Assembly (NCBI GenBank): GCA_017499595.2
Contig: CM039001.1
Coordinates: 3,410,001-3,474,000 of the forward strand
Source of the DNA: Psilocybe cubensis
Taxonomy: Eukaryota
Length of the DNA: 64,000 bases
Direction: 5' to 3'
The notes beneath the pieces were generated by a model. The model was not told the origin of the DNA. It ran no database searches and worked only from the letters and a program-made list of their open reading frames with translations. Positions within the stretch are counted from its first letter, which is position 1. Each line of letters begins with the position of its first letter. This document shows, piece after piece, positions 12,796 through 25,969 of this stretch. Position numbers and translations under genes: made by a program.

Positions 12796-14448
12796 ATGAC
12801 ATTTATAAATCTCTGTAATGTCATTCTGGCATGTGTTGTTCTAGCCAAAGCAACCACCTCGTCGTTCAAACCATCGTTATATGACAAAACGACGGTGGTC
12901 TGTGAGGCTATTCGAAGGACACCGTCAAAAGAGGGTGTAAATATAGACATTAGTGGGTGGTTGTGTTCTTTTCACTTTAATGTAGTATTAACATATACCC
13001 TGTTCTCGATAGAATACGTGGATATTAACCCTGGGGCACCAACATCTATAATAATGGTCCATGGCTGGCCAAGCTTGTGGAGTTCATGGTCGAATCAAAT
13101 TCAGGAGTTCCAGGTAAGTGCCTATAAGTGTATTCACCCGAAGCTTGAAGTTCATCTCTTTCAACAAATAGGAGGACTATCATCTTGTGATCCCGGACCT
13201 TCGTGGATTCGGAGAGTCAACGCATCCTGGAGATGCACAATCGTCTGGTACATTGCAGGACATGGTAAACGACCTGGTGTGCGTATTGAAAGACGCAAAG
13301 ACGTCATCTGCTATCTGTATGGGGTTAGTCCGAGTTTTTATCGCTTTCCTTCTGAATCACAATGCATACTCCTTCAGACATGATTGGGGTTCTGCAATTT
13401 GTTATGAAGCAGCTAGATTAAGACCGGATATTTTCACTGCTGTAATTGGAGTAGTTGTACCGGTATGTGATTTTAGGGGTCAATATTTCCAGTGACGTTT
13501 TTGAACTGATATCTCGATATTAGTACGTCCCTTCAGCCGGGCCTTACGTTCCCATCCAAGATCTTACGCCGCACTTTCCAACTTTAACCTATCAATTATT
13601 CTTCGATCATCAACCGCAAGCTGCTGTCGACGAACTCGAAAGAGACATACGTAGAACAATCCGCGGGACCTTGAGAACTTTTGCTAGTCCCCCTCCAATT
13701 CAATTTTTGAAAAGCAACAAAAGTTTTTTGGATGCTTGGAGCGACATTGAAGAAGTACGTTAAAACATGCTCTTCTCACATCATGTGCTGCAGAGAGTTG
13801 TACAGAACTAATTTAATTTTCTCCTTCCAGATCCCTGCTGTTCCGTTTTTCTCACCAGAAGAAGAAGACTATTTTGTGGACCAGTACACAACAAGTGGCT
13901 TTAAGCATAGTATGTTTCTCCGAATTTTAGGAGCTCATTGTCATTGATTTCGCTGTCCCAGCGTTGCAATTCTATTCAAATTATGTAAAGTTGTTTGTCA
14001 ATCTGCAAAGCAAACCTAATATACCATCGCATATGTAGAATCGTTTTCTTGGGTGGAAAATTGCCAATGAACAGGGTAATCACACAATATCTCAGCCCGT
14101 TCTCGCCATCTATCCGACAGAGGTGAGATTGATAATCCGTCCCGGGCGCCGAGAATTTTATCGAAGAAAAAGAATAGGATCCTGTCGCCGACTGGGTTGA
14201 AGTTTCCGAGATCCTTCAATCTGCAAGTTTTCTTCCAAATTTAACAACCAAGGTGAGACTTTGCACGTTTATTTGTTTTTTTGAACGATGACTGGACGCA
14301 TAAAAACAACCGAATTTAGGTTCTTCCTGGATCGCATTGGGTTCACCTTGAATATCCAGAGAAGTTTAATTTTATTGTGCGGCAATGGTTGATGGCTATT
14401 GTAGCTACCAAGTTATCGCGAGACAGTGGGTTTGGGGATGAGCTGTAG
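12796..14448 (+). CDS. Alpha/beta hydrolase of epoxide-hydrolase type with signal peptide and GDEL terminus (many exons)
   Basis: VHGWP oxyanion motif, PDLRGFGES, (G)HDWGS nucleophile Asp and GSHWVHLEYPEKFN catalytic His. Hydrophobic N-terminus; ends ...GFGDEL*. Confidence 0.85.
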
Positions 14449-15129
14449 ACTCATTGCAATGCGTTTAAACTGCATAGAAACGTTCAATCTGCCTTCTTAT
14501 GAACACGTCAAAACATTCTCATCTCAAACCACTGTATACCATTATATTCAAAATAATATGGAGATAATAAAGAACCCAGGATCATCAACAAAAACCAAAT
14601 TGTCTGAACGGTCCACAGGCGAACCAGAATCCTTCCTGTCTTTCTTTCCAACACTCCAGACCTTGCGGCGGTTGAATAGATCAAACACCTGAAGTTTCCA
14701 TCGTGTAGGACTATCATATTTATCTACGATATCATCAACATGGTGGTCAGTGAGAGTGATACTGATTCAACTCCAGATTGGACAGTTTGGACGTGTAGCC
14801 TAAGATTCGGTATATCCACACCCTGATTCAGAATAACCATCGATTTTTCGAAGAGCGGCGGAACATTGAAATAAAAATTACAATTTAGTTACGATGGATT
14901 CTATTCCAATGACGAGAAATATAAACCATGAGCCTTATACATATTCCTGAATAAGTAGCCTTAGTGACTCGGTTCCGAAGGTTTCTGTATCGCCTATATT
15001 ATTACTTAGATGACATTGGCAATTATACTATATTAAACATAAATCACGCTGATACGCCGAACACCCAATGATACTCACTAACTAAGACGCTGAACGCTAA
15101 TATTTTATTTTGAATCAGGCATGACAAAG

Positions 15130-16624
15130 CTACAGAGTAGAACTAAGCCCGCGTTCCGGTTGCGATGAGACTACACTGCTCACTGCAGATACAGACTCGG
15201 GAACGGATGTTGTTACGAGTTCAGATGAAAGGACATTGCATGATGTGGAGGTAGTGGACTGGGGAACGGAGGCTGATCCACTCTGTTCCGATGAACTCTG
15301 TTCCGATGATGAACTTGTCAGAGATGTCGAAGGTGCTACCGTAACTGTGTATGATGGCAAAGATGTGGGATAGTCCGAAATGATCGACAGCGTACTCTGG
15401 TGGATAACATCGGGTACTTCCAATGGCCTCTCTCTGGGACGTCTATGTCGACGAAAGCGGTCCCGACTACTTCTGAATTTTCGATACACCATCATGGATA
15501 CGATCTGCAGATTAATTACGAGAAGTGATATTGCTTGCTGTTCAAATATATTTAGTAGTGACACAGAGCAAAACTTGGACGGAAGACTCAACGTGCAAAT
15601 GCGTAGTCATCTTGAAGAGCAGTCTTACATCTGGCCCGAATTTATCTGCCGCCAACCAGGTAATAGAGAAAATTCCAAGAGCCATCATAGTCAAAACTCC
15701 ACTGGCGAAGAGAGCCAAAACAAGAATGCGGTCACTCGGGTTTGAAAATCTGGCCCTCCAAAATATTAATAGAGGCCAAATTATAAGAACAGCGTTAGCT
15801 ATGAGGTCAGCTGGTTTAGAGTAAAACTTTCCTCAGTATTTATTGAATAGTGAACTAGGGATGTACAAAACTTACAGGATATGGACAATGCAAGCGGCAC
15901 AATCTGTCTCACCGATAACTTGCGACAACGGTCATAGTTGACTGTCCACCACGGAGAGCCTCGACATAGAAATGTGCTGATGGAGACACTTAAGAGATAT
16001 AGGAGAAATAGAACAATGACGAATATGAATGCGGCTTTTTTGTACCAATGGCCCGGTAAGAACACCCTGACCAAAGACAGTGCAAGGCTTATATGACAGA
16101 ACCTGTTCAAGTTAAGCAATGCCTACTGAGGGCGATATTGACATCAAGCTGGTACAACATACCATATAACCGTAAGGTACCTGAACGTAGCAAACCATCC
16201 GGAGAAAATGAATCTCGAGAGATCGGGTTTATACCACCAGCCTTCTTCACAGACGTCAATACCACGTTCAGTATAATGGACTAAGAGAACCTACTGTTGC
16301 TACTGTATTGAACACACAGAATTACAAGGGAGAATAGGTCGAAGACCCAAGGAATAATAACCACGTAATCATCCCACCAGAGACGTCGGGTCCGCCATCG
16401 ATGTGTTAACCTGATTAATGCCAAACCGAGGGCTAGACAGTGTATGACTGTAATCGAAACTAGTCGAAAGAACAAGTCAGATAAAATTGAGCGTCTTAGA
16501 ACGTCTAGGGTGCGAAGCTTTTGCATTCGTGTCAATATTCGACCAGCAAAGCGAAACAAAATGAGCCAATAAACTAGTAGCACGTACTTTGCCAGGCTTC
16601 TTGGTTTTGATGTGGTATTGCCAT
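15130..16624 (-). CDS. PTH11-like (fungal rhodopsin-domain) 7-TM protein, copy A
   Basis: MAIPHQNQEAWQ, RLWWDDY, ISLALSLVRVF, an extracellular Cys pair, DL..N..L.I.PL..FW, TNLQIVSMMVYRKFR and an S/T-rich tail. Confidence 0.8.
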
Positions 16625-16996
16625 TTAATTTCACTCTTTATTGCAGAACTTTGTTTTGGGGGGAACAGAGGTTGGGCTTGACTGGAAAGCCTGACACGAG
16701 CACCTCAATTGTTTATATATGCAAAGGGTCTATATAGTAGGGGCAGGGACGGTTACTGTATTGAGTTTCTAAAGGAGTTATGTGCTTACGATAATTTATG
16801 ATCTACGATTAAGCCGAATTTAGTGTAGGGCACAGGCTACAGCTGACAGGAACTATTCCCGAGGCCGTCAATTGATACTTTGCATCGTATACCCAATGTC
16901 TGCCGCCACATGGGTTAGCTTTGTGTATATGTCAGAGCAGCGGGAAATAAACCCAGACTGAAGATAAGTCAAAACTTGAATTAAACAGCCAAAACA

Positions 16997-18402
16997 TTAT
17001 TCAGATGCCGGATTAACGTCCGTAGTTGCTACATAGCAGGCGCAGGGTGGGACGTCGATGTCATTTTTTGATGAAGACACTACACTCGATTCGGGAATAG
17101 ACTGGAAGTTGCACTTCTGTGATGAGGGAGCTTCGCTCAAAGAAGTGGATGATGATTGGACGTCCGGGTTTTCAATCTGTTCGGAAGGTGCTCCTGTTGG
17201 CGTCGTCAAAGTCACTATTGTCACGGTGTATGACGGTAAACTAGTGGGATAATCGTTGGTCGACACACTAGGTTCTGGCGGTGTATTTGCAACGTCGACG
17301 GCGATTGGCTGAGCGTTGTGCCTTCGAGTTTGGGATTTGTCTGTAGTGTCTCGGAATTTTCTATATATGACCATGCTCGCTATCTGCAAGTTGGTCACAA
17401 GTAATGCCAATGTTGCCTACTTAAAATAAGTATGTCTCCAAGTCATTTAAATGTATCAAAGGACTCAACGTGTAATTCTCCCACCATCTTGAAAAGTATT
17501 GCTGCTTCAGGTCCTATGAGACCGTGCGAAAGCCAGATCATACAAATGAGCACGGAGGTGAACATGGTCAAGATATTGCCAGCAAAAAGCGCAAGAATAA
17601 GAGAACGGTCTCTTGGCTTTGGGAACCTGACCCTCCAAAACATTAATAAGGGCGTAATTACGAGAATTACGTCTGCTATGAAATCAACTAGCAACACGAT
17701 TAGGGATCAATATAATAAGCTGAAACCAATACGAACTGGTTATCCATATAATTCCAATAACGACACCGCCTGTTCTAATTGGATTTGAGAGGCAGCGAGA
17801 AGCGTCAATTTTCCACCAAGGAGAACCAGGACATGAAAGCGAGGTGAAAAGGATGCTGGTGAGATACATCAAGAATAGCACTACGACAAGGGCGTAACCA
17901 TATATCCTGTATGGATGACTTGGCATGAAGAGTCTGGCGACAGAGAGAGTAAGGCTAATACGACTGAACCTGTAAGTCACCATAGAGTTCAAACGAGACA
18001 AACAGTGAGCACAATGTCTTACGCTCAACGCCACTAAGGGCGGGGAAACTTACCAAGTAATTGTCAAAAAGATGAAACCGTCAAACCAATATGAATGGAT
18101 AAAACCTTGAGCATTAGGCATATACCACGGCGTATCTATATAATCATGAATCGCCTTGTCAAAAAAACTCTGAACTCGAAGATGATAAGAAGTTGCTTGC
18201 CTTTTGAGTTGAGTTTGGCCCATAACAATGCAGCACAGACTAAAACAAGGGCCCAAGGAATGCCGACAACATAGTCGTCCCACCAGAGTCGATTAGTTCG
18301 CCATCTATGCCTTATTCTGACTATCGTCAATCCCAGAGATAATAAATGGACAAATGTTAGGGCAACTGTGATAGTGATATTAGCATGAAAGGTTGGAATC
18401 AT
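16997..18402 (-). CDS. PTH11-like 7-TM protein, copy B
   Basis: RLWWDDY, SRISLTLSVARLF, DFIADVILVITPLLMFW, TNLQIASMVIYRKFR. Confidence 0.8.
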
Positions 18403-19309
18403 TGAAGTGGGAATTGAGGGAAATATATGCGTTGTGCCCAGCGAAGGGGAGGCCTCCTAAGCATCGACGACTTGTGCGGCAAGGTTGCTGCGACAAGTCA
18501 CTTAAACCCTCAACCGGAAAACAAGAATAAGGTCAGGATTCATGTGTCCTAGTACTATATTGCTTGGTATACCTCAATAAAAGTTTGAAAGAGGACAAGA
18601 CTTGTGTGAGATTTTAGATAACAATCTACTCACCTTTCCAAGCCAGAGGATCCTGATGAGGAAATGTCATATCGAAATCCTACTTTGAAATGTTGAAAGA
18701 GGGTGCAAATTAGCAAACGCCGAACACTACATGTAGCTTGGTGGGCATTTCTTTGAGTGGTCCCTATTTGAAGGTGTAACGTCGGCCATCCTGTCAACGC
18801 GTTACGAAACTACGTAAAATGTCGGGGCTATGGATCAATTGTGACGAAGCAGAAACGAACACCCTTTCCTGCTAACTCCTGTTACCGTTAACGTTGCTGG
18901 CAATCGAGTGCTAGCAACAATTCGCAACGCACCACATAAAATAGCTTTTAGTCCATGTACGTGACAGCTTTAGTATGGTTTTTACACATAACAGGAGTTT
19001 CCTGCTCGGATGATAACCATCGATATCGTAATTCATTGTCCAGTCGGAGTCACATGAACTATTGAAACGCCACGACACCGGTACCTCCGCCAGAGCGGCC
19101 CCCGGCCGGGTAATTCATTTTTAGGCGGAGTTATGCAACTACGCACTCCGCTTGAACTCAGCAATCCACGGCAACTCTTCACTTTCCCATGATCATGGAC
19201 AACAATCCAACCCGCAATTCTGATCTCTTTCAAATTTCATTTGTTTGTCGCTTATATCTCTCCAGATCTAAGTTCTATACCCCCTTTATCTTGCTTTCAG
19301 TATTGAACA

Positions 19310-21925
19310 ATGCCAATTACTGGAAAAACGATACCCCATTCGCGCCAACCTTTGTATTTCAAGTCACTAAAGGAGCTCGACAACTGGTCAGCGGGTGGTG
19401 CATCTAATCGTTATGATGGAATTGTAAAGTACCAATCACGACGGCCGGGTGTCGAATCCCTAAACAGAGGGAAACTTTTGGTACAATAGCATCGTCATGC
19501 ATTCTGTGGGATCTAATTTATTTTCAAGGTTTGCCATGATTACAAGGTGATCCCTGAACGATCCAAAGATCAGGAATCTCAGTGATGAACCCTCTGTTCT
19601 ATTAGGGTGGCTACACTGAGAGCCCTTTTGCGCGATCTTACACCTTTAACTTTTGGCCTACTTGCGATACGTTTATTTAGTAAGTGCTAATACTCCAAGT
19701 TGATATTGATTTTGGTCTGACATATTACAGCTTTTCACATCATCGGGTGACGATTCCACCCCCTGGATGGATATCCGCAGCGCACAGGCAAGGCGTCAAG
19801 ATGTTAGGAACATTGTCTGTCCTATTTCTCTCCAATTTAAGTGGCATCACTCTGAAACCCGATCTAGGATATTTGAGGGAGGCGGAGAAGAAGACTGCCT
19901 TCGATTGCTGGTCGGTAAAATGCCAACTTCGAAGACAGGACAGGTTGGGCAGTCAGCGACCTGCTTGACTTTGCCTTTATCACCACATTATGCCAGAGTT
20001 TTAGCCGATCTGGCACGAGAACGTGGATTTGATGGATATCTTCTCAATTTCGAGTGCCCATTAGCTGGTGGCGTTGAACAAACTCGTGCTTTGGCGGCTT
20101 GGATTACATTGTTGCATTCAGAGATTCTCGAGAAAGTTGGTCCTCATGGTGAAACTCTTTGGTGTGTATCCGTGCTTTGTTGACACGATCATACCTGAAT
20201 ATGTTTGTAGGTACGACAGCGTGGTCATCAATGGCAGACTTGCATGGCAAGACCGCTTGAATAGCTACAATCTTCCGTTTTTCCTGTCATCGAGTGGATT
20301 TTTCTCCAACTACACAGTGAGTCGAATACACAGTAACGGGTCAAAGATTGTTCAAATGAGACGTGTAGTGGCGACCAAATTATCCCGCACTTACAGCGCA
20401 ATATTTCCTCAGCTTGGACCCGGCACTCGTCGGAAACACCGCAGAATCATACTCTCACCGCACATCAAAAACTGTACGAGACATATATATCGGAGTTGAT
20501 GTATGGGGTCGTGGTCAACATGGAGGTGGTGGTTTAGGATGCTACAAAGCGATCAGCCACATATCACCGGAAACCCTCGGGCTGAGCGTCGCTCTGTTCG
20601 GACAAGCTTGGACATGGGAGAGCGAACAAGATAAGCCTGGATGGACCTGGGACAGCTGGTGGGAGTACGAGAGTAAACTATGGGTTGGACCAGTTGATGG
20701 GCGCGTTGAAGTTCCGGAAGCGCCACGCAGACAAGGCGAACCGGACTGCTTGCACGGCCCGTTCGTGCCTCTCTCATCTTTTTTCCAGCAACTCCCGCCG
20801 CCTGATCCTTCCCAAATACGCTTCCACACCACATTCTGTCCCGGGACTGGCCTCGCATGGTTTGTCGACGGCAAAAATGTGTACACCAGCCCCGGTGGCT
20901 GGACGGACGTCGACAAGCAAACAAGCGTTGGTGATATGCTTTGGCCGCGCCCGAAACTCTTCTGGGAAGACGAGAGAGAAGATGTTATACCGAATGTACT
21001 TTCGGCCTTTTGCATGGACGACGCGTGGAACGGGGGTAACTCGATCAGAATCAAGATCTTTGCTCCCGGTTCGAATGATGAACTTGCAGCATATAGACCA
21101 CTGTGGCTTCCTATTCAATCTCTCAGCATAGCACCGAGGAAACCTTACAAGGCAAGCTTGATCTACAAGGTTGACGACGACCCGGCGTCAGGATTGGAGA
21201 TCGAATTTGCTTTGGCGGTTAGAACGCTGTCAGGCTCTACGGATGATTTTGTTTGCAACATTGTTTCGGCAACGACGGAGGAGCTTTCGGAAGGTTGGAA
21301 CAAGTTGTCGATTGAATTCAATACTTCGACAAGTGATGAGGTGTCTTCGCCTCCGTCTCATGTCGTCATTGGCCTTGTAGTTGCAATGCTTACAGAGGAG
21401 CCATCAGAACCCGTAAAATTATCGATCCTCCTTGGTCAACTCAACGCCTCGCCTAGCCTTCCACAATCTTATTCAGAAGAAGACCCTGTTATACTCTGGG
21501 CGGACTTTACACCGACCCCTTCAACATCTGAAGATGTTACCCCGGCGAGATTCTCTGGTACTTTGACTTGGGAGGTAGCAGCGTGCTTCCCACCTCTGAC
21601 GTCACTGAACATCACCACACCGGAAGACCCGATATCAGCATGGAACACGCAGCCCACCATCAACTGGTTCCCTTCTTATATATACTTCAACATATACGCA
21701 CTGCCCTTCACGGACCAGTGGAACGTTGGCCCAGTCGAGCAGGCCGTGTGGATTGGAACGTCCGGCTGGGATGGCCAGAAGAACGGCTTCGACGTGCTCC
21801 CAGAAAACTTGCCTATGAGCGTTCCTGCGGACAATATCAAAATTCGTTTCTTTGTCCAGGGCGTGAACGACCGCGGGGAGGTTCTCAAGTGGGGAAAATG
21901 CGCATTTATTGACGTGTCTGCGTAA
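19310..21925 (+). CDS. Cytosolic endo-beta-N-acetylglucosaminidase (GH85, ENGase)
   Basis: VCHDYKGGY, FSHHRVTIPPPGWISAAHRQGVKMLGT, GFDGYLLNFE (catalytic N-x-E), WQDRLN and IYIGVDVWGRG. Confidence 0.92.
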
Positions 21926-22029
21926 TTCTGATGCGCTACCAGGGCGTCAGAACCACGTTGGGATGGTTTTGGATATTGTACATGATAATACAGATTGCTA
22001 CATGATGTGATGGATCGTGTTTGTCATCT

Positions 22030-24612
22030 TCAAGGCGTGTCTCTGAAACCCATGAGGTACTGCATGATTTGGAAGGCAGCCTGCGAAGAAGGACAAAGGT
22101 TAGATAATTTCGTCGAAAATGGGGCGATGATGCTTACTTTAGGCGAATATTGCGGCACCCTGAGATGTTCGTCAGCTCGATATGGGTCAATTTGGCTGTG
22201 GAAAAGACGACTTACATGTGTCCGCTGAGGTCGACCTCGAAATAGGTCAATCCACGTTCGGTGTGGGTGTTACCAAGCGCGCCGACGCCGTCGACGATGA
22301 AGCTGTCGTTAGCGATGGGAGTCTGGAAACCTTGCAGTCCATTCCATGTCATACTGAACATTAACACCTTCATGAGCATCCGTCATTTTCAACCGACATT
22401 CAGATGGACGTACTTTTGGAGAACAATTCTCGTTCTAGGAAAATTATATTTTAGAAGTGTCAGTAAACCGCGATAGACGAGTGGTTGTAGAGGCAGACGC
22501 ACCCTTCGGCGATGAGAATGAAATCAGCGAGGCCGTGCACGATGACGGTCCGCTTGCTCTTCTCGATGACGTTAGGTAGGACGGTGAACGCCGGCGGGAG
22601 ACTGCCATCGCCCTTGGGGAACACGTCGATGTCAGAGCACTCTTTCCAGTCGACGTCCAGCGGGGCGTGGATAGCTTTCTTCACGTCTGTTCTGTTGAAG
22701 TAAAGCGGTGTCTGTTCTTGCTCGAATGAACCTCTGGTATATGCAAAAACTCGCATTCAGCGTCCTTGGTTTCTAGGGTATGAGAATGATGAATGTTGAC
22801 TCACGGGAACCCGAGGACGTCCCACAGGATGGGGAAGGTATCGAAGATGCGGTAGATGTTGAACGCGGGGTTGACAACGAGCGCAGCCTCGAAAATTGTG
22901 TCCCACACATCACATGCTCGCGAAGTGCGCGTTGAACCGTTCGGGAGCGGGAGCAGACCTTTTGGCGGATATGTCACGAACTTCTCCATGTAGCCTGTGT
23001 AGTTGCACTTGTCGTTTATCTGGTCGAGCTCGGCCATGAAAGATTGGCTAAAAAAAGATGATCATCAGCATGCCTTTTGTAGTGTATGAACTAAAGCACG
23101 TACTTGAATGAGAAGACGTTTTCGTATTTCTTGACAAAGTTGACTGCTGGGATTTGCTCTTGCACAATGTCGAAGGAAAGCGAAGCTGTGGAGAATGTTG
23201 CCGTTAGGCTGACAAAAAAATGACATAAAAAGGCACTAGACAATAACTCACGATCCGAAATCCATATTCCTTGCAAGTTAAGGTCAAGCATTGTTGGGTT
23301 CTCATAAATGAAGTTTGCGATATCTATAGCGAAGGTTTAGTCAAAGTTACTACCACAAAGTGAGAGCAGAATAAACTGACATGGAACATAAGTTCCTGCA
23401 TACTTTACGAGGAATAAAAATCAGAACAAGTTGACGCATGAGTCCACGATGAAAGGGACTTACACTCTCGCCAGTCAGGTATAAATTCTTCCCCTTCATC
23501 TCCGGGAAAACGAGCAAAAACTGTTGCATAAATCCGACAAGCTGGGATGCAACATCATCTTCATTCTAAAAATAGACCAATCGCTCATTAGAAGAACTAA
23601 ATCCAACTGATAAGATAACCACAACACAAGCCATACCCTAGCGTCCGGTTTTCCCTGGGAGAACCCCGTGCCGACAGGCTGCTCCACCCACAGCACACTG
23701 GAGAGGTTCGTCCAACTGAATTGGTTCTGGATCGGTTTGGCTGTCCCCGTGCTCCAAGAGAAAGGCTATTTAAGAAAAACCCAAGAAAGAAAAAAAAGGT
23801 ACGCTCCAAAGTCAGCCGCCGAGCTCAGGTTTATGACGTGTCTATCAGATATCTGGATTAAAACTATACGCACCCCATTTTCTTGTAGCAAACCCTCCAT
23901 CGACGAGCATCCAGGTCCTCCATTAGTCCTGTTTATAGATGGAAGATGAAAAAAACACAACTCAATTAGCAACACGCGCACTTTATCCCCGCTAGAGCGC
24001 TTGCAAGGTTTTTTTTAAAAAAAGGGTCTTCTTACCAGAATATCAGGTCGTCGGGGGAACCTTGCGGGCCGGGGGGGAAGAACCAGAAAAAGAGCTGGTG
24101 ACACGACGGGCGCGTCAGACCGGGTTCGTGTCAGGAACGATGATAGCAATGAATGAATGAATGAATGGGTGGGTAGAGGGAAAAGGGGGGTTGGATATGG
24201 GTGGTAATCGGGGAGCAGCAGCCTCACGTACCTGTCTGGTCTCAGACTTGTTTCCACTGATGGGCAGCAGGCCGGCGTAGCTGGGGCCCACGTCAAAGTC
24301 GACCTCAGGTATAGTCGAGCCGTTGACGAAGAATTCTATCGAGATCAAGAGAGGAGGTGTGGTTAGCCAGCGAGGAGGAATGTGATGGTTTTTGGATTAT
24401 ACGCAACTGAAGGCGGCAGGGTTGGAGAAGGTGATGTTTTGGACTGCCTGGCGGCGCGCGGGAGCGGGCGCCTGGAACCGCTTGGCCGCTTCGAGCTGGC
24501 GCGCGTGGATGTCCTTCCGTCGCATCTGCCGACCCTGCACTTGCACCACGGGCAGAGAGACGAGCGCCGCGCATGCTGCTAGCGCTGCCACCACCTTGCT
24601 GAACGTCAACAT
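22030..24612 (-). CDS. Secreted serine carboxypeptidase (peptidase S10)
   Basis: Signal peptide, [40 protein letters not shown] and SGH. Ends YLMGFRDTP*. Confidence 0.92.
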
Positions 24613-25969
24613 CGTGTACAGAGGTGCCAGCGAAATTGAAAAATTACAGGGAAAGAGACCCTGTGTGTTCTGGATTTCTCCGACGTGGGGGAGTAATACT
24701 TATACTTATACTTATACTTATATTGATATCAGATTTGAAAAGAAGGAGAAACAAAAAAGGTTTCGTCATGCGACGCGGGTGATCCATAATCATGATCATG
24801 ATCACATCTTCCAAAGAACAGCCCCTTCGATTTTTTCTCGTGTACACCTCTCCTGCTATTTCGCCACGCCATCGCCATGAATTTTGGGAACGGTTTGACG
24901 CCACATGGGTATACTGCAGATAAGCGGTGCCGTGGCTATTTATAGCAGCACAATGACTCCCGCAAAGCGAGCTCGAGTAGCATATTCGGGTGCCGCAGTG
25001 GTGAAAAAGGACAGTTATCAGTAAGAAGATTATAGAGCGTTAGATAACATGGGTATAAATGCTAATAAATAGGACAGTAAGTGCATCTGCAACGCTGACA
25101 TTTCGTTACGACTTACACGCGGATATGGGAGTGCCTGCGTGGCAGGTGTCCTGTGCGGAGAACCTTCTATCTCCAGATGTGCATGCGAGAGAGGGTCGTG
25201 ATTCGCGACGGCGTCAGCGGCTCCGGTGAGCACCGTAGGGTAGGATTAATCTACATAGTAGCGTTCCACCCAAATATAAGTTCACTCCCTGTTGAAGTTG
25301 GACGTCCGCTTGGATAGTGATGCAATAACGAACCCAGCGCGCCTCAGCGTCTGGCTCGCATTCATTTCCGATGATTTCCGATGCTACCATCCTCTCACAC
25401 TTCGCCCCACTGTATGCTCCTCACCGCGTAGTTTGGGAGTGGGGACATACATGATGATCATCCACTTTGCATCCACCGAACGATGCGTATGTGTTGCCTC
25501 GCGGCGACGAAGATTGGACTCATCCTTCAACGCCGAATTTACTGCAAAACCCGATCTGATAGTCGCAAACGTTGTATAGAGCGTCCCAGCATGAGATAGG
25601 ATCAGTCGTAGTCCGTGATGTAGTAAATGAAGGTCCCATTCCGAGGCGGCGAGGCACCCACCAGCGGACACAATAGCTCTATGGATTATGTAATGTATGT
25701 ACATCTATAACGTGAGATTTCCCACGGGGTACACATCCTCACTTTGACACTGACAGGACTCGGATCTCTTTCGTAGCTGAGTCTTATTTTACTTGATTTT
25801 GGTCATAGTGAACTAGTATAACATCACTGTAGGGAGTAGTCACATACCAGGAAGAAAGCACAATTTTCCGCATATACGGTATTCCCAAATCGCATTGGAA
25901 CTAGCTTTTCACGTCTCTGCCAATTTAATTTTCGACTTCCGAGTCGTCGTACTTACTTGGACACTAATA

